From positions 39,094-103,093 of the forward strand of contig JAZQTV010000108.1 of assembly GCA_045630945.1 (NCBI GenBank): a DNA stretch of 64,000 nt, written 5' to 3'. The notes under the pieces were generated by a model. The model saw only the letters and a program-made list of their open reading frames with translations, was not told the origin of the DNA and ran no database searches. Positions 45,364-52,489 of the stretch are shown here, in pieces; positions within the stretch are counted from its first letter, which is position 1; every line of letters begins with the position of its first letter. Made by a program: the position numbers and the translations under genes. This stretch comes from Clostridia bacterium (GTDB lineage Bacteria > Bacillota > Clostridia > Christensenellales > QALW01).

Positions 45364-46168
45364 TTATATACTCCCGTTTGATAAGATTATTCATTCTGTT
45401 TACCCAGTCGCTTACGGTAGCCGCTCCGCCCTTTTTCATAAAGAACTCACCGTAAGTTACCTGCCCAAGAACACGGCCGTCACCGTATTCCTTTTTTAAG
45501 GCAGTATTTATTTTTTTAATCTGAGCTTCGCTGAATCTCATCCACGGCACACGTTCGGATGCTTTAAATATTACGTTACGCATTTTAAAAAGCGAAAGAT
45601 TTTCAAAATTCTTTACCACAAGTGCCTTGCTCTCGCTATTTGATACGTCAAAGGTAACAAGAATAACCGACTGTGCAAGCCACGTGAGAATTTTATAAAC
45701 GCTTGAATCTGAATTTACCACAATCCTGAAGGATATTTCAAGATTATCGTAAATATGCGGTGACGTTTCATAATCACCTGCGCTTATCATATCCTCTTCC
45801 TCTTCGTAAAAGCCTCGTTCCGAGGAAACCTTTATATATTCTTTACGGGCAAAATCCTTTTTAGTGTTTTTTGCAACCGTAAACATCCAATTTTTGAAGC
45901 CCTCAAAATCCCTGTTCAATTCACCCTCAGGACCGTTCTTCAAAAAGAAATGCGTAACACATTTTTTAATTATTTTATCCATTGATACGGAAAAAATGTC
46001 ATCCTCGTAACCTTTTCCCTTCAACAGACTGTCTGCATAGCACCATTTGGCGATGCTTGCCGTTAAAAGTGCCTGTGCAGATTCAAACATAGTATCGAAC
46101 CGTGCGCCTTTTTCATCAAAAAGCTCTTCAATTATCTGTTCAAATTCTTTTTCAGTAAAGCCTTGCAT
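45344..46168 (-). CDS. Sigma-70-family-like (ECF-type region 2 / region 4) protein, atypically long
   Basis: The region-2-like segment is DDIFSVSMDKIIKKCVTHFF...FKNWMFTVAKNTKKDFARK. The C-terminal region-4.2-like helix is GGAATVSDWVNRMNNLIKRE. It is paired with a ZAS anti-sigma. The call is tentative and by eye only. Confidence 0.45.
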   Translation of the reverse strand: MQGFTEKEFEQIIEELFDEKGARFDTMFESAQALLTASIAKWCYADSLLKGKGYEDDIFSVSMDKIIKKCVTHFFLKNGPEGELNRDFEGFKNWMFTVAKNTKKDFARKEYIKVSSERGFYEEEEDMISAGDYETSPHIYDNLEISFRIVVNSDSSVYKILTWLAQSVILVTFDVSNSESKALVVKNFENLSLFKMRNVIFKASERVPWMRFSEAQIKKINTALKKEYGDGRVLGQVTYGEFFMKKGGAATVSDWVNRMNNLIKREYINETSDN

Positions 46169-46200
46169 TTTGCCGTTCCTTTCATATAATGCTATATTGC

Positions 46201-46229
46201 ATTTTATAACATTTTTCGTAAAAAGTCAA
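46201..46229 (-). promoter_or_regulatory. Sigma-A-type promoter for the sigma/anti-sigma/Card1-like unit
   Basis: On the minus strand: TTGACT(46229-46224), 17-nt spacer, TAAAAT(46206-46201). The -35 context GTATTGACTTT is identical to the promoter at 51364-51392. Confidence 0.5.
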
Positions 46230-46247
46230 TACAGCATCATAGGAACT

Positions 46248-47882
46248 TTAAGGAATATACCGGTATTTCTCACTTGAAAAGCTTATTTTCTGTCCGCGGG
46301 CGCTTACGTCTGCCTGTTCGCCGTCAAATTCAGGGCACAGATAGCTTCTTTCCATTTTCGACCACAAAACGTCCTCACGCATCTGTGTAACGATGCATTC
46401 ACCGGGTGTGATGCTGTTAAGCTTGCTTACAGGCACAAGTGCAACAGTATCCTTTTCGTAGCGTTCGATAGTTTCACCGTTTCCGTTAAGCGCGGACATA
46501 GGCGAAATTATTGTTTTGTACCCGCATTCAAGAGAAAACTCACGCTTAGTTTCAGGATTGTTTGTTCCAAAGAAAATATGTGTATTAAGGTTATCCTTAA
46601 TTATTTCGGCAGTTTCCTTGCCGTACACGTTATTAAGCTGTGCATACGACTGAAGAATAAGCAAAAACCATATATTTCTTCCACCGCAGGCAGATATAAC
46701 CTTGTCAAAATCGTTAAATCTGGGCAAATTTCCGAACTCGTCAAGCAAGAAGTAGAACGGGCGTTCAAGTGAAATGCCTTTTTTACGGGATATTGCTATA
46801 AGCTCGCTGTACAGGTTGCTTAAAAACATACTTATTATCTCGTAATGCAAACATTCCTCATCCTTATACGTTACAAAAATAACCGTAGGCTGATCACCGT
46901 CAAGTTCACTCATTTCAAATGAGTTTGCACAGGTTATTCTGCGCACCGACGTATCACGAAACTTGCTTATTTTTGCCGCAAATGCGGATGAAATACATCT
47001 TCTTGTGTTATCAGCCTGCTCGATTATGCACTTTCTTGCAAGCTGATGCGCCTTTGACGTTTCAATATCTCTGTTACGGAAATATCCGTTATCGTAATTG
47101 GTTTTGCTATCTGAAAAGGAATCGAAAATTCTTAACACGGTATCAAAGGAAAAGTTATCCTCGGTTATTTTTCCCGATGCGCTATCCTCAAGCATACCGT
47201 AGATGATAGCCTTAAACAAATCCCTTGCCGAGTCATCCCAATACGGATCCTTTTGATTGGTTGCGGTAATAACCGTTTGTGAAAGAATGGTTATACCCTT
47301 TTCCACCTCGTCGTAGTATCCGTCCTTCACCTCGAATATATCTCTTTCAAGCTCTGCCTGATCATCATATATCCTGCCGTTAAACTTATTACGGGGACCT
47401 TCAGGAGTCTGCACCGCTTCAATCTGCTTTTCTACCTCAAGACTTTTTTGATAAAGGCGGTAATATTTAGTTAAGGGGTTCCAGCAATCGCTGTGATGAT
47501 AATCGGTAAAGTCAAGAAGTATTACCCTGTACCCTGCGTTTTCAAACTTTTTGGCATTCTTTATATACAGTTCCTGCTTGGGATCGCTTATTACCATACT
47601 TGGCTTATTCTTTTTGTTTAAAAGAACGTTAATGGTAGGGATAACGAAGCCCGTTGTTTTGCCGCTTCGGGTTGCACCTATGGCAAGTAGGTGGGTATTG
47701 GGGGTAAAGGTAACCTCTAATTTACCCTTGGCATCTCTTGTTATACAAATCGGTATGCCGTCAATATTCTGTTTTGAAAGGTTTGAAAACTTATACGTGC
47801 TGCTTCTGTGTGCTGCCACGTATTCTTCAGCACGCGTTATCTTTGCGTTTTCATAATCCTTGAAAATATCGATGTTAAGCAT
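46248..47882 (-). CDS. VirD4/TraG/TraD-type (type IV coupling protein-like) P-loop ATPase lacking transmembrane helices
   Basis: Walker A is LLAIGATRSGKTTGFVIPT. Walker B is PFYFLLDEFGNLP. It also has RNIWFLLILQSYAQLNNVYG (the T4CP arginine/Q-box-like block). There is no N-terminal hydrophobic segment. Its start abuts the stop of the upstream gene. Confidence 0.75.
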   Translation of the reverse strand: MLNIDIFKDYENAKITRAEEYVAAHRSSTYKFSNLSKQNIDGIPICITRDAKGKLEVTFTPNTHLLAIGATRSGKTTGFVIPTINVLLNKKNKPSMVISDPKQELYIKNAKKFENAGYRVILLDFTDYHHSDCWNPLTKYYRLYQKSLEVEKQIEAVQTPEGPRNKFNGRIYDDQAELERDIFEVKDGYYDEVEKGITILSQTVITATNQKDPYWDDSARDLFKAIIYGMLEDSASGKITEDNFSFDTVLRIFDSFSDSKTNYDNGYFRNRDIETSKAHQLARKCIIEQADNTRRCISSAFAAKISKFRDTSVRRITCANSFEMSELDGDQPTVIFVTYKDEECLHYEIISMFLSNLYSELIAISRKKGISLERPFYFLLDEFGNLPRFNDFDKVISACGGRNIWFLLILQSYAQLNNVYGKETAEIIKDNLNTHIFFGTNNPETKREFSLECGYKTIISPMSALNGNGETIERYEKDTVALVPVSKLNSITPGECIVTQMREDVLWSKMERSYLCPEFDGEQADVSARGQKISFSSEKYRYIP

Positions 47883-49526
47883 CTAGCTCACCCCCTCTAT
47901 AAAGCCAAGTCCCTTGCCGCGTTTATGTACGGTAAGATTATTTTCGCTCATAAGCCCTCTTACGCACTCAACCGTAATGATTCTGTCGCCCTCGTACACG
48001 GCGTTTCTTAATGCCGAGTCAACTATCTGGCGGAAGCTTTTTGCATCAAGCGTTGCAAGCACACCGTCAACGCCTTCCTCAAACACCTTGCCGTCAAGAC
48101 CGAACACCTTGGAGCGTACGTTTATTATTGAGCGCACTGCCTGAATTTTTTCTTTTTCGTCCATTCTTCTTGTACGAAGAACGTCACATTCTTCAGAAAG
48201 CTTTTCAAGCACCTGATTTTTCTCGGATGCAAACAGTATGAATACTGCGCCCGAAATATCCATTGATACTGCAGGATTGAACAGCTTGAAGCGTTTTCTG
48301 TACTCGTAATCAAGCAGATTGCTTAAATCATCAAGCATCCCCTTATCAAGCTCCTCGCAGTCCTTTATCATAAACACGGTACGTGCAGTCTTGGTTTCAG
48401 AAAGTCCCCTCAACACAAGGTTTTCACCTGTGCCGGAAAAGTCACGCTGACTCAGCGCGCCCGCATCAAGCTCGATAACAGGAGTATCCTTAAGTCCTTT
48501 TTTGATGGCGTAGTAGTACATATCCCTTACGTACTCCTCTTGCGAAACTATCATCAGGGGTGCGTACGCCCTTTCGGAGCAATTACTTAAAACCGAAAGG
48601 CTTTGAAGTATCTTTTTAATTTCACCCTCGCGCCTTACAGGCACCGAATCAAACAGCTTGGGTTCAAAACTTATTTTTTGCTCCGTCTTAACGTCAAAGG
48701 GAATGTCGTTAAGCTGTGCCGCCACGTCCTTTTGCTTTTTAAGAAGGATTTTTTCCTTATCCTCATCAGAAAGCAAGGGTGAAAAAACCACCTTGGCAAA
48801 TTCCCTGTCGTACACGCCTGCGTTTACGGTACCTAACAGGCAAGCCTTTTCAATTATTCTTGCGCGGCGGTTCTTTTTAGGCATCATACCCTCGCCCGTT
48901 TTTGCTAAAACGTGCTCAAACACGTTTTTAGCACCTGCTGAACGGGACACCGTATAGAGAATATCAAGGTATAAATCCTTGTTCTCTTTATCGTACTTAA
49001 TGCCCATAAGGCAGTTGAACAGGTCGTTCCACCTTGCACCGTGGCGTATTCTTTTTACTGCATTAGGCGCATCCTTATAAATGCTGATGCCGTGATATTC
49101 AAGGAACGAAAGTGTCGCCATAGCCTGCACCGAGCCATGCTCAGACAGGAACACAAGCTCCGTTTCCACGGTCTTGGGTGTAAGCTCGCCCATCCCCTTG
49201 AACAGTTGTTTTTTTATGCTTAACGCTTCACGCTTTTGAGCAAGCAAGGTTTTATCGCATTCACTAAGTCTGATATCCTGTCCACTTTTTTTAGCGAACT
49301 CAATCGTCCTTATAAGCCTTTCGTAGCTCTCGATATTCTTTAAGCCCTTAAGTTGTTCACTTCTTGATTCGAGGTAAAAATCCTTAACGTTTTCTTCATC
49401 AAGGCAGAACACCTCAGCAAGCTCGCGGTATATTTTCTTCAGCGTTTTTTCTTCTACGAAGTCGCCTATAAGCGCTTCAAGAATGAAGAACTGTGTAAGG
49501 AACGGCTCTATTAAGTAGTAATTCAT
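47883..49526 (-). CDS. Hypothetical protein: Sel1-like helical N-part + Clp-D2-like AAA+ module with a degenerate P-loop
   Basis: The C-terminal 230 aa align by eye with the ClpA/B D2 module. Parallels are IELDAGALSQRDF (DMSEY..), VFMIKDCEELDKGMLDDLSNLLD (V.LFDEIEKAH.DV.N.LLQ.LD) and VSMDISGAVFILFASEKN (VDF.NT.IIMTSN). Where GPTGVGKT is expected the sequence reads LMIVSQEE. The N-part GSVQAMATLSFLEYHGISIYKDAPNAVKRIRHGARWND is Sel1-repeat-like. Confidence 0.4.
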   Translation of the reverse strand: MNYYLIEPFLTQFFILEALIGDFVEEKTLKKIYRELAEVFCLDEENVKDFYLESRSEQLKGLKNIESYERLIRTIEFAKKSGQDIRLSECDKTLLAQKREALSIKKQLFKGMGELTPKTVETELVFLSEHGSVQAMATLSFLEYHGISIYKDAPNAVKRIRHGARWNDLFNCLMGIKYDKENKDLYLDILYTVSRSAGAKNVFEHVLAKTGEGMMPKKNRRARIIEKACLLGTVNAGVYDREFAKVVFSPLLSDEDKEKILLKKQKDVAAQLNDIPFDVKTEQKISFEPKLFDSVPVRREGEIKKILQSLSVLSNCSERAYAPLMIVSQEEYVRDMYYYAIKKGLKDTPVIELDAGALSQRDFSGTGENLVLRGLSETKTARTVFMIKDCEELDKGMLDDLSNLLDYEYRKRFKLFNPAVSMDISGAVFILFASEKNQVLEKLSEECDVLRTRRMDEKEKIQAVRSIINVRSKVFGLDGKVFEEGVDGVLATLDAKSFRQIVDSALRNAVYEGDRIITVECVRGLMSENNLTVHKRGKGLGFIEGVS

Positions 49527-49627
49527 AAATCATGCCTCCTTCTGCGCATTCGCAATTTTCTTTCTTCATACAATATAACGTAACTATCCTTGTTTTTTCG
49601 CACACCTCCTAAATATTAAAAATCGGT

Positions 49628-51277
49628 TTAAAACGGAAGCTCATCCTCAAACTCATATGAATCTTCAATTAAATTGAATTTGTTGCGCCACTTTTCATAT
49701 GCATCAAGCAATGCAGGAACGTCCTCAAAAGCATTATTGTTTGCCGTGCGGTGCTGTTTTACCTTTTTTTCATCCAGCTCGATTGCGCCCACAGGCTTGC
49801 CCTCAAAGGATACGCACACAATAGGGTTACTATCCGCCTTCCAATCTATAAGACAGTTGTTAAGCGATTCACCCAGCTTGCGCACTTGTGCAAGGTTTTT
49901 TACCGAAGCAAATTCAAAGCCATCCACCACGGTATCGAAAATATCCTTGTGGGGCATACGCATGGGCACGGAAAAATCACAGGCTATTTTGTAATTTTCA
50001 AAATAATCGCCCGACCATTTTTTAATTTCCTTTTTGCGCATCGGCTCACTTAAAAGCGCAAATTCCGATGCGTAAAAGCAAAGTCTTCCCCAGCTGCTTA
50101 TAATGCTATCGGTAAACGTGACCGCCGAAACGTTTTTGGAATATTCGTTAAGGAACGTATCAAGCGCAGGCTTTATTTTAAGATCGCTTAAAATTTTAAA
50201 TGCGGACTTTGATTTTAACACCTTTAAAAAGCAATCAACGTTGTTTGTATAACTGAAAAGCAGTTCGCATTCGTTTTTATAAAACAAAAGTTCGGGGTTT
50301 ATAAAAAATTGCTTTCTTACCGATTTCGCCCTGGGCAGAGTACTGTTTTCGTATAAGCTTATTGCTTTTTCGGGATTTTTAAGATTTTTCTTAACGCCTG
50401 TAAACGAACTGTCAACCTGACGCACAACCTGCCAGAAGCTACCTGCTTCTTCCCTTTCGGTAACGTACGGAATTGCATTATAAAATCCCTTATCAAAGCC
50501 TGTGAACTGTGTGTATGTAATAAGCTTTTCTATATCAAGCATTCCGTCATTTTTGATTTCAAGAAGCTTTTTAATGGCTTTATTCACTCTTGAATCAGTT
50601 TTAAGCACCGTATCAACTGCACTTGAAGTAAGAATATACGGGTACTTGGTAATATCGCGCTTTATAAACACCCTGTTTTCCTTATCCGATACCTCCACGT
50701 AGGTTTTACCCTTTTTCACGTTGAATATGAGGTGTTGATATATAGGGAAATTTATAACCGCATTACCGACAAGCTGCTCAAGCACAGGCATTTCTTTCAT
50801 ATTTATTATCTCGCAGGAAACAGTTAATTTACCACGCCTGAAATACACGCTTACGTCGCGCATAGTTATATACGGCATAGAAACCTTTGAGCATCTTGGG
50901 CACTTAAACGCACCCTTTGGCTTAACAAACGGATTGAATACAAGGTCTCTTTCATCCTCGCAGAGCATACGCATCTGTCTTTCGCCCCATTTTTCCACTC
51001 TGCTTCGCTTTATAAGTCCGTGTTCTTTTTTATTGGTTGAAAAAATGGGATTAAGGAAACGTGCATATGCAGGTACCCTGTTAAGACAATGCGGACATTC
51101 AACGTAGTGCTGTGTAAGCACCGCGGTGTTTTTATCGTCGTTTCTTATTGCCTCGGTAAACCTTCTTTGCAACTTGCCAAGAAGCAGTTCTACAGCAATA
51201 TCTATTGAAATTTCCTTTTCACGCTTCTTTAAAATATAGCCGTCTGCAAGCTGGAAGTTGAATTTTTCTCTTTTCAC
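49628..51277 (-). CDS. PcfJ-like domain protein with an N-terminal zinc ribbon
   Basis: GTG start with a GGAAAGGA RBS. It has CPHC...(about 63)...CPRC. The C-terminal KNLAQVRKLGESLNNCLIDWKADSNPIVCVSFEGKPVGAIEL resembles the PcfJ-like core (L..EG..M.HCV..Y...I..v). An acidic tail follows. Confidence 0.5.
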   Translation of the reverse strand: MKREKFNFQLADGYILKKREKEISIDIAVELLLGKLQRRFTEAIRNDDKNTAVLTQHYVECPHCLNRVPAYARFLNPIFSTNKKEHGLIKRSRVEKWGERQMRMLCEDERDLVFNPFVKPKGAFKCPRCSKVSMPYITMRDVSVYFRRGKLTVSCEIINMKEMPVLEQLVGNAVINFPIYQHLIFNVKKGKTYVEVSDKENRVFIKRDITKYPYILTSSAVDTVLKTDSRVNKAIKKLLEIKNDGMLDIEKLITYTQFTGFDKGFYNAIPYVTEREEAGSFWQVVRQVDSSFTGVKKNLKNPEKAISLYENSTLPRAKSVRKQFFINPELLFYKNECELLFSYTNNVDCFLKVLKSKSAFKILSDLKIKPALDTFLNEYSKNVSAVTFTDSIISSWGRLCFYASEFALLSEPMRKKEIKKWSGDYFENYKIACDFSVPMRMPHKDIFDTVVDGFEFASVKNLAQVRKLGESLNNCLIDWKADSNPIVCVSFEGKPVGAIELDEKKVKQHRTANNNAFEDVPALLDAYEKWRNKFNLIEDSYEFEDELPF

Positions 51278-51321
51278 GTTAATGCACGTCCTTTCCGTTT
51301 ATATTATAAACGTTTTAATCC

Positions 51322-51334
51322 TGCGAATTTCGCA
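51322..51334. promoter_or_regulatory. Perfect palindrome in the leader of the PcfJ-like gene (candidate operator)
   Basis: TGCGAA-T-TTCGCA, located between the -10 box (51364) and the start codon (51277). Confidence 0.3.
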
Positions 51335-51363
51335 AGCATAGAAAAATTTAGTGAGGGAACGAA

Positions 51364-51392
51364 ATAATATCACATTTTTTTATTAAAGTCAA
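51364..51392 (-). promoter_or_regulatory. Near-consensus extended -10 sigma-A promoter for the PcfJ-like/AAA+/T4CP-like unit
   Basis: On the minus strand: TTGACT(51392-51387), 17-nt spacer ending in TGA, TATTAT(51369-51364). The context is GTATTGACTTT. Confidence 0.55.
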
Positions 51393-51400
51393 TACCATTT

Positions 51401-51436
51401 AAAAAAAATTACACTCTGCAAAAAAATTGCAGAGTG
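51401..51436 (-). terminator. Intrinsic terminator ending the permease/C26/TIR/GATase operon
   Basis: cactctgc(51412-51419)/gcagagtg(51429-51436). On the minus strand it is followed by TAATTTTTTTT. Confidence 0.7.
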
Positions 51437-51442
51437 CATATT

Positions 51443-52477
51443 TTAAATCTTAAATAAATATTGGGGTGCAGTAACCGTTTCGTTTGCGCCTTCACGTATA
51501 ACCGTGCGTTTTTTTAAAACGCCCTGCTTATCAAGCGTTTGAAGTGCTTCGTATGTAAGCGGGTAATCCGAATACCCTTCATACCCATCAAGCACCGTAT
51601 CCACCGCATCAACACATTGCCAGAAATCAAGTTCATTCTTTTCAAGCGCACCTTTAAGTGCGCCGTACGCCCTGATACGTGATTCGGTATCCATAGGTTT
51701 TACGCTTAAGGGTGCGCTAAAGGGTGCGATTTCAACGTGATCGGCATATATTTTACCCGATGAGCAGGCAGGTATAAGCACTGCTTCTGAAGCATCCCCA
51801 GGGAACTTATCGGGCATTGAAGCCACGTATGCGCCGTGGGATGCAAAGCTTACGTACAGGGGAGCATCTATTCTTGCAAAGGATATGGCATCCGGTTCAT
51901 CCGTATTAATGCTAAGCCCCACTATTTCGGCAGGCATCTTACAAAACGCTTTTGCCATAGCCTGCGCACCGTCGTCACCACGTTCCTTATTGCTTGCAAT
52001 AAGGTGACACATAACGTCACTTATGTGCAGATATGCGCCGTCTGCAAGCTGAGGATAATGCTCACTTTCTATGCCCGTAAGATACGAATGCATAATTCTG
52101 CCGCCTTCGTGAAGGCTTCGGGCTATTTTTTCATACTCGCGCAGATTTCCTTTAAAAAATCCGTTACTACCCGTTGCGGCGTATGCAAGATATGGCTTGC
52201 CGTCAAAATCGCTTACGAACGGTTGCGCCCAATTATCACCGCCGCCTGCATTTGAACGGCTATGTATTATACCTAAATTGCCGGAGAAATTTTTTCCGTC
52301 AGTTTTTTCTAAAAGATCGCTTAACGCACCTGTAAGCTTTGCAAGGTTCATTTTACCGTCACAAATAGTGGTTATGCCTGTGTAATACCCCCCTGCATAA
52401 GCTTCTTGTTTTCTTATGAGCTCAATAAGAATAGGCGCCGCGGCTTTTTTGCCTACGTAACCTGCCATATTGCACAT
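51443..52477 (-). CDS. Class II (Ntn-type) glutamine amidotransferase-domain protein with an unknown C-terminal domain
   Basis: MCNMAGYVGKKAAAPILIELIRKQE...GIIHSRSN parallels the GlmS/PurF-type N-terminus (MCGIVGYVG..AAPIL..L..LEYRG...GIGHTRWA). No SIS domain is present. The last 130 aa or so are unassigned. Confidence 0.6.
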   Translation of the reverse strand: MCNMAGYVGKKAAAPILIELIRKQEAYAGGYYTGITTICDGKMNLAKLTGALSDLLEKTDGKNFSGNLGIIHSRSNAGGGDNWAQPFVSDFDGKPYLAYAATGSNGFFKGNLREYEKIARSLHEGGRIMHSYLTGIESEHYPQLADGAYLHISDVMCHLIASNKERGDDGAQAMAKAFCKMPAEIVGLSINTDEPDAISFARIDAPLYVSFASHGAYVASMPDKFPGDASEAVLIPACSSGKIYADHVEIAPFSAPLSVKPMDTESRIRAYGALKGALEKNELDFWQCVDAVDTVLDGYEGYSDYPLTYEALQTLDKQGVLKKRTVIREGANETVTAPQYLFKI

Positions 52478-52489
52478 TTATTTTTCCCC

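Noticed and set aside
42993-51277. Interpretation of the PcfJ-like + VirD4/TraG-like genes as a remnant of a conjugative element (ICE or plasmid)
   Set aside because: The ATPase lacks the membrane anchor of true coupling proteins. No relaxase, VirB4, VirB6, pilin, integrase or att-like repeats are present. The genes are tightly coupled to sigma, anti-sigma and CARF genes between clean terminators. ICE decay cannot be fully excluded without comparative genomics, so it is listed as the main refutation route.
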